A DNA stretch of 64,000 bases from Camelus dromedarius (lineage: Eukaryota): positions 52,268,001 to 52,332,000 of the forward strand of contig NC_087447.1 in the NCBI RefSeq assembly GCF_036321535.1. Direction: 5' to 3'. Both the position numbers and the translations under genes were made by a program. This document shows, piece after piece, positions 51,271 through 62,559 of this stretch. Every line of letters begins with the position of its first letter. The stretch's first letter is position 1. Below the pieces are notes generated by a model. It had not been told where the DNA came from. It saw only the letters and a program-made list of their open reading frames with translations, and did not search any database.

Positions 51271-54034
51271 CAGTGGTCAGGGAATGGTGGCTGAGTGGGC
51301 AGACAGGTAAGGGAGACAGGCCTCAGTATGGTGGGGCTCTCAACCCTAGTCTTGTTCCCTAGAAGGACAGTCAGAGTTCTGAAGACTGCTAGCACAAGAA
51401 TTGTGACAAGTGGGGACACTGATGCCTTCCACTTGCCCTCCAGGCCCACCCTATCCTCTACTCTGCTCTGTGCCCTGGGAGGCGGATTCATAGTGTCTGG
51501 ATCAACGGGTTCCCCTGGGCTCCAGCTCCTGGCTGGGCTCCACTGATGGGTGGAGATGGGAGGTGGGGAGTGAGGTCTGCAAGGTGGACAGCTTCCTTTC
51601 ACGCTGAGCTGAAGACTGTTGAAGGACTTAATCATTTCAGCTAGTCTTTATTTACTCCTATTTTAGAGGTCTGGAAACTCATCTAAAGGAGATTAAGTCC
51701 TGTGTGGGTGGCACAGATAGTAATGACAGAAAGACGATACAGACAAGACCCACCGGTCTCTAGAGTCGGGCACGTCGGAGTCACTCCTCTCACTGCAGAC
51801 ACGAGAAGCCCGCTCCTAACAGGCAGCTCTCTTGTGAGAGAAGTCTCCTCCCACAGAGCCTGAAGCGGCCTTTCCATCAGTTTCACCAGGACGGCCTGGT
51901 CCTGCCCTCTGCAGCCCCACAGAGCAAGTCTGCCCCCTCCTCCACACAGCGGTGTTTCAGAAAACTGCAGAGAGCCAGGCAGGTCTCCTTAAGTCCTTTT
52001 GGGGGGAGGGGTTTGAAGGATATTTGTCTAGGGTCTGTCATAAAGAGAACAATCTATATATATCCTGCTATTAGCAATTCCCACAGAGCAACATGAAGGA
52101 ATCAATCTTGGAGAGAGAGGCTTTAATACAGGATCCTGTATCTTTATCACTTTTTTCTCCTCCTAAGAGATCAAGTTCAATCATCTCCGTTTCCCATTCT
52201 TGGGGCTATAAAGCTCAATCTATGGCTTCTGTCCAAAAGGCCTGATGTGAAGTTGAAGAGAAAGGAGAGAAAATGAGCCTTATTGCTCACGAATAACACC
52301 CAGGCCCAGAGTGCAACCGGCCTGTGCTGAGGAAGCAAATGGCATCTGAGATCCTGATACCGCATGAGCTGAACCAGAAGGGGATAATTGTGGAGAAGGA
52401 GGGGTCACAATCACCCCAGCCTCTATTTCTAATCCTTTCTCTACTCATTTCACATCCATTTCACCTGTACCTGAGCCCCAGAACATGAAATGCACATTTC
52501 TGCCACCAGACTTATGCCCACACGATTCTGCCTAGAAAACCCTCAGCAGATTTTACCATCTTGCAAGGTTTTTACTCAACCATGTCTTACTGAGCACAGC
52601 TGCCTCGTGCCAGGCTTCGTGTTAGGGACTGAGTATGCAGCAGAGAAGAAGACACTAGGAGATAGGATACCAGCCCCTAAAGAGGGGGGCTGACTAAGAT
52701 CCCTTCTGCCTGGACTGCTGCCCTGCTGAAGTCGTGAGTGTGTGGTCAGACATCAGGGATCTTGAGAGCGCCTGCACAGTCTGGCAAGTCCACCTGTGTC
52801 AGAACTGCCCAGATGCCTTCAAGAACTGGATGACCCAGGCTCTTCCAGACCACAAACTGTAATAGTATTCCAACAAGCAACGCTCTCTGAAAGCTGCCTT
52901 TTGAAAAGCAGCAATTGCGCTTAGCAACATTCCCACCTATAAATTTAACTATCACCACTTCAAGCAAGGGTTTTGATTTTTTCCCCCCGGTCTATAATCA
53001 GCTGCTGGTGGAGGTGAAAAAATACAACCTAATTTTAAAAAAAAAGAGTCCCTCATTGCCACGGAGTGCATTGGAAGGCTCCCCTGCAGGTACCCAGACG
53101 CTGCTGCAGCCCACACCTGGGACTCCATCCTCCACGTCTCGGTTCAATTTCTGATGGGCAGTGATCTATAGACTGGGAAGGACCTAAGAAGATCTGCTCT
53201 CACCCCACCCTGGACTGAGATAACTGAGTCCAGGGGTGGGCAACAGCCATCTGCAGGGCCACCAGCAGGGACTCCTCCTTTGTCAGGTGCTCTGAGTTTC
53301 TTCAGCATCATCTCATTTAACCTACATAACAGCCTCAGGAAGGAAGCACTATTATTCTTCCCACTTTGCAGATGAGGAAACCAAAGCTAAAAGGGGCCAC
53401 ATAGCTGGATTTCCACTGAATCCTGCTGATCAGAACATCACACTGCCTTAGAGAAATCACACTGGAGGACACCCCTGCGCCTTAGGGTGGCCCCAGACCT
53501 GACGATGAAAGACACCGCATCCCAGGACACTCTAGGGCCTCTATTTAACGTCAAGTTCTTCTCGGCTTTTGTATTGTTAATAAGCCTTTTTTTTGTTTCC
53601 TATTCCAAAGGCCTATCTGGCTAGACAGGTGCTTGAAGAGTCCTCTGGATACGATCCACAGCTCTCCTGCGCTACTCGGTGTCTGCTTTTTACACAGGGG
53701 TTCAGAACATGAGGGAAGCTGTCAGTTTTATCTGGATAAAGGCAACTGGTAGTGAAGCAAAAACCAACTTTTGTCCTAGTTAAAGAAATGATGTGAGGTG
53801 CTTTTTGGGTAATGATTCTTCTCGCAGCTGCTCCCCTGAAACAGGGAGACATCCCTACACATGTTTTCTGACAGGTCCCCCTGGTTGTTCTGTCAGCTGC
53901 CCTTATGACTAACACAGCTGGGAAGCCCGCAGGCTGCAGGGAGACAAGGCTGGTCCATGTTCTCACTCAAGACTCACTAATCCTCTCTTCCATGTGGTCT
54001 TATAGTACTAATAGTACTATTAGTAATCGTAACT

Positions 54035-54275
54035 GTCTCTAACCTTTATTGAGCACTAACTCTGCCAGGCAGGGGGTTACGTGCTTTATGCAAATTATCT
54101 TACTGGAATTTCACAACAACCCTGTGAAGTGGCCACTATCATTATCCTCATTTTATAGATGGGTAAACTGAGGCTGAGAGTGGTTAAACAGACTTGCCTA
54201 AGGTCAGAAAGCTTGTAATTAGCAGAGCTGAGATTTGAAAGCAGGCAGCCTAATTTCATAACCCATTGTCTCAAC
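54035..54275 (-). mobile_element. MIR SINE, well preserved
   Basis: ttcacaacaaccctgtgaagt...attatcctcattttatagatgggtaaactgaggctgagagtggttaaacagacttgcctaaggtca...agcagagctgagatttgaaagcaggcag. Confidence 0.85.
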
Positions 54276-54459
54276 CATGATCTTACCCTCAGTTTTCTCT
54301 CCTGTAAAATAGGCTTAATCATTCCAGCCAAATCCACTGTAAGAGCCATAAGGAAAGTGGAAACTGAGGTTCAGAGAAGTGGTACTTGCTTAAGTTTACA
54401 CAGCCAGCAAGGGACAGAGCCCGGGCCTGGATGGGGTCTCCTGAGCCTACATCATCAGT

Positions 54460-54620
54460 GGGTAAGTTACTTAAGCTCACTGGGTCTCCATGTCCTCATC
54501 TGTAAGTTGGGGATAATAACGCATAGGGTTGCTGGGAGATTTCAACGAGCAAACACAAGCAAAGTGCTTAGAACAGTCAGGAGAACAGGGATGGCACACA
54601 AAGCTAACTGCTCTGATTAT
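54460..54620 (+). mobile_element. MIR SINE
   Basis: gggtaagttacttaagctcactgggtctccatgtcctcatctgtaagttggggataataac...aaagtgcttagaacagt. Confidence 0.7.
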
Positions 54621-56099
54621 GGATGATAAAAAGTGACCCCTGTTATTTTCACTGCTAGAAACCACACTGCTTTTTTTGGGTGAAAATGTTTTGAAAACAA
54701 TTAAACGCTATCAAATAAAGCATCATTGCCATGGCTGTACAAGTCGCACGGTTTGACTTACAACTCACCTTCCCCTCGTATCATTCCCTCCCCGTTTTGT
54801 TTTGCGAACAGGAGATTTCTTGTCTTCAGAGAAGAAGAGACAGTGTTCAAACGGAGACTAAAAGGACCTGAAAATCTTCAACGAAGGGAAAACGGGTGAC
54901 TAAGGCAAAGCGCTCACCCGCAAAGGGCAGCCTCTCTGAATGGCTATCCTTTGGAGACAAAAATATACATTTTCTCTCTGAGGAAAGGCCCCAGGCTCAG
55001 CAAGGGTCCTCCCTACATCCCCAGCCCAGGCCAGAGCAGCCAGTAACACCCCTAAAGGGGGGAGGAGACGGTCCAAAGGCAAGCCCTCAGGCCCTATGGC
55101 CTTTGTGGGTGATAAGTGCTGACTCCAATTTCTCTATCTTCCCATGAAAATAACTGCAAACATCTCTGCAAACGAAAGGTCACTGGTTGCTTGTTTCCCA
55201 ATAAACTTTCCAACTAAGAAACAGAACGTCAAGTGGATCTGTTGGAGTTCCACCCAGATGTGGCAGCCCTGAGCAGACCCCAGAGAAAGAAGAATTCTTC
55301 CCCTCCCTCTGTTTTCCACTCCCCCTCTGCTGGTGAGCTGATGCAATTCTTATCTGGAACTCAATAGAATGCAGCAAATAATTACAAATGAAAAGGTTAT
55401 TCATAATTTTTAAATGAGTTAATTAGTAAACCCAGTCAGACTCGCTCATTACAGTAATTAATAATTGATTATACTTGAAATTAAACACAATTTTTCATCA
55501 AAAATCTAATTAAATATCTCTGCTTTTGCCTGTTGATGAGATCAAGTTGGTCTGCCAGCAAAGTCTTTGTTAAGGATATTTGTGCTCAGCAGAGACAATT
55601 AATTTGATTTTTAATAATTGATGGTTCCTTACAAGTTAGTCATCCTCGTCTGTGATTATGACCAAGCAATCAGAGCTCATCCCGTGCCCCCAGCAGCTGG
55701 AGGACAGCCAGCACAAGGCTGCCACCCCCAGCCCTTGGGAACAGGTAGGGACCGGTCTCGCACCTGCAATGCATTCGCTACTTTGGCTGACTGCTACTCC
55801 AGCCTCACAAGCATCCGTCTGAGGTGATGGGTTGTGCCTGTGTTCTAGACCAGAAATCAGGACTCAGAGAAGCGAGCTGCCCAAGGGCAAACAGCTACTC
55901 AGTGGCGGAGCTGGGAATGGAATCCAGGCCCCCAGGCAGGTGTAAGCTCTGCCCCAGCACCTTGCTGAGTCTCCAGGTAACAAAGGGAAGACCCTGGATA
56001 TGGACTCCTGTTTGAAGGTTTCTATATAGATTGGGTTTTGTCAGAAGGATGCATTTATTATTGGCAAGGACACATTATCAATGTACTACTTCCTAGCAA

Positions 56100-56745
56100 C
56101 ACCAATTCTCCCAAATCAACTTCACATCTACCCTCCTCCTCTCTGCCTACCTTGTCACCTTAGCTGAAGCCCTCAGCTTCTCCTGACTCATTTATGCAGC
56201 AGGGCCTGTCCTTCCTTCTTCTACCCCTATCTTTCTAAGTTAAAATCTGACTATGTCCTGCCACTGCTGAAAGCCCTTCAATGGCTCCCTGTTGCCCATC
56301 CAATAAGGTCCTTAACTTGGCCTCCACAGTGATTTGCATAATCTGACCAAACTCTCCCACATTAGCCCCAGCTGTGCCCCTCATACTCGTCAACTGCTTC
56401 AACCACAAAAAACATCTTTGCCCCCACATCCTCCTCCTTCAAGACTCTGGAACTTCCCTTGGTTTGAAATACCTTTCCTTCAAGTCTACTTCTGGCTAAC
56501 TATGACTTGAAGATTCAGCTAAAACATCACCTTCCACAGGAAGCCTCCTCCAATCCTCCTGGTTGGGGTGGGGTGTTCCTGTAGCCCCCGAGCCGCCTCA
56601 GTCACTGCTAACAGAACTGTATCATCATACTGTATCCATCACTGCTTCTCAGCTAACAGTGCCTCAAGAGTGGTGTCAGCCCGAGCACCTGGCATAGTAC
56701 CCAACTCAGAGAAGGTACCCTGCTTGGTTTGCTGAAAGAAAAATG
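56100..56745 (+). mobile_element. L2 LINE 3' portion
   Basis: aaaatctgactatgtcctgccactgctgaaagcccttcaatggctccctgttgcc...ttcagctaaaacatcaccttccacaggaagcct...agcacctggcatagta. Confidence 0.75.
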
Positions 56746-57359
56746 AAATTCACAAAATCATAGATTCACAGACTACCAATGTTGGAAGGGAGATTAAAGG
56801 TCATCCAGTGAAAACCCCTAATCAATGAAAGAATGTAATTTTTGCTACGTGGTCATTAAGCAGTATTTGCACCCTTCCTAGACAGGGAACTCACTACCTC
56901 ACACAGTAGCCTGTATCTTTAGATAGCTGATGATGGATCAGGTATTCTTACTAAGCAGGAAAGGAATAAAACCATGAGATGGAAAACAGACGAGAGTTTA
57001 TTTAATCACATATTGATTCTTTCTTTCTGAACTAGGTAACAGTACATAGTATAAACCTTAAGATTTCAGTGCAAACCAAGTTGATATCTATATATAGCGA
57101 ACTACTTGACTCTTGATGAACAGTGACACTGCTTGCTCAAGTCTACTCACCCATGAAATATAATGTCAGTCAAAACCAAGAGCTATGCTAGTGGTTGGTG
57201 GGGATACAGTGCTGGTGGTGCCAGGAAGAAATGTTCGTGCAGGGTGACAGTGCTTGGAACTGCACAACCCAGTTTACATCAGTCATGAACCTCTCTCAGA
57301 GCCTGAGTGGGTACTGACCTCCCCCAGTTGCGCTGTTCCTTTTACCCAGTGACCCAGAG

Positions 57360-57552
57360 CAGGGATGGCAAATACCTGGTATGTCATCAATATTCTCCAC
57401 TCCTGTGGCCACAACAGACATCAGTAATCAATCACAGAGACTCTTTTCCATTGAGTCTGAATATAGCCTCGGGATCCTCCTCAACACAGCTTTCTAGGCA
57501 GCAACGGCTAATCAATCAGACAGAAGAAGAGACGAAACTTGTGTGCCAACCT
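57360..57552. mobile_element. hAT-Charlie MITE (Charlie4z-like)
   Basis: Begins cagggatggcaaata and ends tgtgccaacctg (degenerate terminal inverted repeats); internal cagacatcagtaatcaatcacag...ctcaacacagc. Confidence 0.55.
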
Positions 57553-58982
57553 GACCTTGAAGCCATGAAATTGTCTAAGTCAGTCTTCACAAGGGGAAAA
57601 GTGACCTGGATATCAGTCGAGGCTTATTATAGCTCGAGATGTTTAAGGAGACCTCCTTGTTTGCAGGACTATCATCTTCCTGATTACCTGTTTTTATAAA
57701 ATTCAGAGGTCTTGAGAGGGAAGGGACCTTACAGCTGACATCACTCAAACCCCCACCCAGGCTTGAATCTCTTTTCCACATCCCAAACAAGTGGGAGCCA
57801 TGCTCTATTAATCATGCCTAGTGACAGCTCTTACTGCCTCTCAACAGTCCTCTTCCGCCCACAGTGACTTTATTTGTCACAGAGTCCTTTTTCACAATGG
57901 CAGTACTCTGTCTTCCTTTGGCCTCTGCCAGTTAGTTCTCTTTCTAATTTTGGGCTTAGACTAAAAGGCCCGCTCTGCTTATAGAATTATCTCAGAATTC
58001 CTTAGCATGCGTTTGAAGCCTTCTCAAGCTGGTCTGACCTACTTTAAATCTTAGAATTATAGAATTTGAAGGTTGGAAAGAACAAAGGGTTAGGCCAATC
58101 CCCCCACCCTAGTGCCTTTTCTAACAGGCAGATTAGCAGAGAGGCAGCAGATGTTACACAATGTCCCCAGATATTGTCAGATTAGTATCTTCCTTGGGAG
58201 CAGACCAAAGACCAAAGGGAGGGGTCCAAAGGAGGAAACCAGACTGTGGTGCAAATCAATCTAAAGAGTGCACAGTAGGAGGCATCGCAGGCAAGGCAGT
58301 GGGCGGGGAGGAGTTTCCTACATCATGAGGTGCCCTGGGGACGGGTAGGGAGGCCAGCCAGTGCTGCTCCGGGTCTCTGCGCTCCCTCAGCCAGCTCTCA
58401 TGGCTCACTGGGACCCTCCCTGACCATGGTTCAACACTGGACCTCGGCTCCCACAGTACCCTCAGACCACCTTGTCAGACGCTCCCCTTCAGATATGCTT
58501 TTCTGGCTTGAAGTTGGCACAGTCCAACCTTTGGCAGTTTCCCTCCAATCTCAGGGGAACCCACCTCCTTCCTGCTCCCTGCTGCAGTGACATGGCACCA
58601 ACAGGAGAAGCCAGTCTGCTGTCCAGCCTCCCCACTTGTCATTTCATTTGTAGTGACTCCAACTGATGACACTCACATCATAGACCACCACCTCAAAAGC
58701 CAGTCCTAGTGAGAGCTTATGCCTCAGGCCAGGCCTCCACCACATGAGAGAGCTGATGCTAAGCTTCTGTCCCGGGATGTGTGCAGAGTGGAGGAGAGGG
58801 CCCCGAGCAATGGCCCTGACAGTTTGGGGGGTGCAGGCCAGTCCAGCGTGCCAGGGCCGCATGGCTCACCCGCAAGCTCTGACTGTCATGCTGGCAGAGT
58901 GCCTGCATGCCTGCGGGGGTGTTGGTCACTGCCCTCTGGACCAAAGGGGAGCCAAGGGGAGCCGGGGCGGGGAGGTGCTTAC

Positions 58983-59218
58983 CCACAAAGTACGCCAGCA
59001 GGATGACCAGCGTGGCTGAGATGACAATGGCGCTCAGGGCCGCGCACTTCCAGTTACAGTACTTGGAGGGCTTCTTGAGGTTGAAGGCTGGTCGGGAGAA
59101 GGTGCTGCGGGGCAGAGGCCGGGGCGGAGGTGAGTACACGGTGCTGGACGTCAGAGGGTACCCCGGTGACGTGGTGCAGAACAGCGGGGAGGTGCCTCCT
59201 GGCTTGAAGAGGAAGTGC
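58983..59218 (-). CDS. TENM4: Teneurin-4 coding exon, 236 nt: end of intracellular domain and most of the transmembrane helix ([13 protein letters not shown]...PPPRPLPR...[27 protein letters not shown])
   Basis: Lies within ORF 58759..59463(-); peptide is recognisably teneurin-4. Acceptor ctccacccgcag|G, donor GTGG|gtaagc. Phase 2-1. Confidence 0.97.
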
Positions 59219-60449
59219 CTGCGGGTGGAGAGAAGCCAGAGGGTGTCAGGGTCTGCCAATCCCGGAGCCCACATGGACCTGGAGGGTGGAGGCAGCAGTA
59301 GAAGAAGCATGCAGAGGAGCCTGGAGAGAGAGAGAGTCATCACGGAGAAGACGGAGGGACAGGAAAAAGGAGAATCACGTACCAGATCACAAAACAGGGC
59401 ACACGAAGACATGTTTCCAGGAAACATGGATGGGACAGCCCTCCCCCTGGGGAAACCACCCAAGTCAAGGCAGAAAGTGTTACCAATTGGACAGAAGGCT
59501 GGGTGTTGAGATCCTTTTCCTGGGAAGGGATGGGGCTGGGATACTGTTTCATAAGGAATAAACTAGACGTTTTCTAAAACTATTGCAGTAACTTGGAAAG
59601 TGTCTAAAATCCTGTTCTGCCTCCTGGAGATTAAGGAACCTAACATTTTTCTTCTCTCTCCAATATGTACTTTGCCTTCATACTTGGTAGAGGAGTGGAA
59701 TACCACGCTTTTAAAAGGAGGCTTTGGTAGGGGTGGAAACCAAGAAACCACCACTAAGTTCTGCCACGGTCCAGAGTCCCCTTGTGGCTGTTACCCAGCC
59801 AACAGCAGCAAAGGCCTTCAAAGCACTCTGCTCAAAAGCCAGTCTGCTGCCTTCCAGATCCCTGGTAAAAGCCATATGGGTGGACAGACAGCCGATTGCT
59901 ACCTACAGACCACTACAGTCTCGAGGGCAGCAAGGCAAGGTCAAAGCACATGGTTATGGCCACACTAGGTGTCAGGAAATCCTCCACAGGCTGGCTTTAA
60001 CCACGGCCATGGGAGGACTGGGACACAGCCTGGGAAACAGGGGGCACTGGCTGCACGCATGGCATGCCCCCAAAATCTTAAGATAAAAGGTAAGTCTTAA
60101 GGCAATCTTGTACCCTGCTGGAGTGTGAGATACCGCAGGCCACAGCATACATAAAACACAGGGCCTGTGTTGCAAAAAACTGCTACATGAGATGGCTTTC
60201 AGAATGGCAGAGGCAGCCAATGAGATGCCAGAAGTGTCATATTAACAAGACTGCTGTTAATATGCTGCGGGACAGGGTATTCCAAGGATAATCTCTTGTG
60301 AGTTGAACATGGACTCGTGGATGGGCATGCAACATGGCCTCATCACATTCCCCAGGAGATCCCAGGGAAAGGTCTCAGGGTCTGCATGCAAGTGCAGGTG
60401 CCACAGGGAGAGCACACACAGAGAGGAGGAGCATGGGGATGTCACCTAC

Positions 60450-60548
60450 CCGTCACTGTAAGCCCCATCATGGCGGGAGGCGCTGAGAATGTCCATCTCA
60501 ATGAGGTTGTCCTGCAATGTCCCTAGGAAGGGCTGCTTGCCTAGGTTT
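60450..60548 (-). CDS. TENM4: Teneurin-4 coding exon, 99 nt, intracellular domain insert: (R)[32 protein letters not shown](G)
   Basis: Manual minus-strand translation matches the TENM4 peptide that precedes HFLFKPGG. Acceptor tgtgtgtag|AAAC (AG at 60550-60549), donor GACGG|gtaggt (GT at 60449-60448). Phase 2-2, joins in frame to the next exon (GG|G = Gly). Not in the ORF track. Confidence 0.93.
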
Positions 60549-60819
60549 CTACACACACATGGAGACATGAATGAAGCAATGAGTCATGCATCGATGAAGG
60601 GGAGAGTAGAGAAACACACAAAGTGGCTGACTGGCGCAGCTGTGCGTGAGGCCAGAGGGATGCAGTTTCCAGGCCGTGGGTCTGTGTGCAAGCCACATGC
60701 ACCCAGTCCTGCCTGGCACAGAGCATCCAGAGGGAGCACTCACTATACAAACCTGTGTGTCTGCCAGGTGCCTGCATCCCAGCGCGGCTCTGACCAGCGC
60801 AGACTCAGTATGACTTAGG

Positions 60820-61022
60820 CACGAAGCTAGGCACGTTACATCCATTTAGCTCAAGTCTTCAAAAGAGGCAATTTAAGGAAGGCAGTGACGTCCCCATTTT
60901 ACAGATGAGGATAAGGAGATGCGGAGAGATCCCAGGCCTGGCTGAGGTTACCAGCTGGCAAGGTTCAGAGCAGGAATTTGCACCCAGATTTACCTGGGTC
61001 CAGAGCCTGTGCTTTCTCCTCT
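60820..61022 (-). mobile_element. MIR SINE
   Basis: ccccattttacagatgaggataaggag...cagagcaggaatttgcacccagatttacctgggtccagagcctgtgct. Confidence 0.7.
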
Positions 61023-61116
61023 ACTCGCTCCTGTCTACGCCTGCTTTAACAACACCCGGAGACACACACTCTGCTAGTCTGAAGGAAAAAGCCAGACAAG
61101 CATTTGCTTCTAAAGC

Positions 61117-61260
61117 ACTGGTTCTCAAACTGGAGTAAGCACCAGAATCATCTGGAGAGCTGTGCTTTGCTGAGGCCCAGCCCCGGAGAGTCAGTGTCGG
61201 TAGGTGGTGGGGGCCTGGGGATCCACATTTCTCACCAGCCCCCAGGGCCTGATGCTATGT
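61117..61260 (-). mobile_element. MER5A-like hAT-Charlie MITE
   Basis: cactggttctcaaactggagtaagcaccagaatcatctggagagct...cacatttctcaccagcccccagg. Confidence 0.65.
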
Positions 61261-62559
61261 GCCATGTCAGGGTCTTTGATGACCCTGTGTGATGATCCAT
61301 TGGTGAGGATGGTGCCCCACAGAAACGGGGGAGGCTCTTCTGTCCCCCCATGTGCACCAAGGGCAGTGCAGCATTTTGTGACCCAGAAAGAAGATAGACG
61401 TGCTTGTGCCATTTTGGTTTCAACCATGCCTGCTAAGTGGCGTGACTCACACGTGAGTACACCGGATCCTGTCTTCTGAAGTGTCAGGACTGTGGCCACC
61501 TCACTTGAAAACCCTGTAGTTAATTTGTTTCGAACAAGCCAGTGGTAGCTTTAGCCTGCTGTGTGCGCCGGAGGGAAGAACTAAATGCAGAAGGCTAGCT
61601 TGTGGGTCCAGCCCTGCCAGGGACCTTTCTTCTGCCTTTGACCAGGACTTGAGGACCAGAAAACCTAACTTCAAGTCCCTTTCCTGCACTTTCTGGCTGT
61701 AAACACTTTAACCTCTTCTGATCTTACAGTACTTTCTCCATCTGTAAAATGGGGATAGGATAACTGTAATAAGCTCACAGGAGGCTATAGGGCCAAGTGA
61801 GTAATGCTGGAAGAATTTTCAAGGCTAAACAAAGATTACAGAAGCTCTGATGCCGACCACCATAGCTGCTACCTCCCCTACAGCCCCCAAATACTATTCA
61901 TCGTCTGGAACTCTGCAGCTGCCACTCGGAGAGAATCTTCCTCCCCACAACATCCCTACAGAGTCTCTACCACCGTCTCTGTTTGGCAGGCTGGCCCGGC
62001 AAGGCTCGGGGAAGCAACCTTCCTAAGGTCCTGTCGTACAGTAAGCAAGCAGCAGTGCTGGCCCGAAGCCTGGGTTTGTCAGGCCCCCTCTGCTCACAAC
62101 CCCGTGCTGCTGTCCAGCCTCTGAGTCCTGCTGTGGTGCTGGGGACCTTCCCTTCAAGGGACTCCTGGGCAGCAGACAGTTCTAGTGGTGTTCACCATCC
62201 CCGGGGCATCCCCCAGAGCCTGGGAGTCACTGCAGGGTGTGCCCGTCGCTCAGAGGGACCTCATTTCTCCTGATGGCAGGCCTTGCGACACAGCATGAGG
62301 CAAACAGGCCCCGGGGTCAGGAGGGCCCGGGTCCATCACGCCCCGGCCCTCCCGCAGGGATCATCACCGGGATAATGGCTCTCCTCAGAGAAGCTGAAGT
62401 ATCATCCCCAGATCATGCCACTGCTCTGCCCTCGACCGTCCAATGGCTTCAGAGGAATAAAACCAGTGTCCTTACTGGAGCCCACAAGCTCTGGCAGATC
62501 TCCCCTCTGAGACCTCCCCAACCTCATCTTCTGTGCTGCTGCACTTACACTGGCCTCCA

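Noticed and set aside
55317..55334. CTCF-like sequence (also near 26128-26143)
   Set aside because: Only partial matches to the core by eye; cannot be supported without a PWM scan or ChIP data.
59219..59463. In-frame upstream extension of the TM exon suggesting an alternative N-terminus
   Set aside because: A canonical pyrimidine-rich acceptor sits at 59220-59219, and the extension translates low-complexity intronic sequence.
58907..59509. 200-aa plus-strand ORF overlapping the TM exon
   Set aside because: Antisense shadow of a GC-rich coding exon; no recognisable protein similarity or gene structure.
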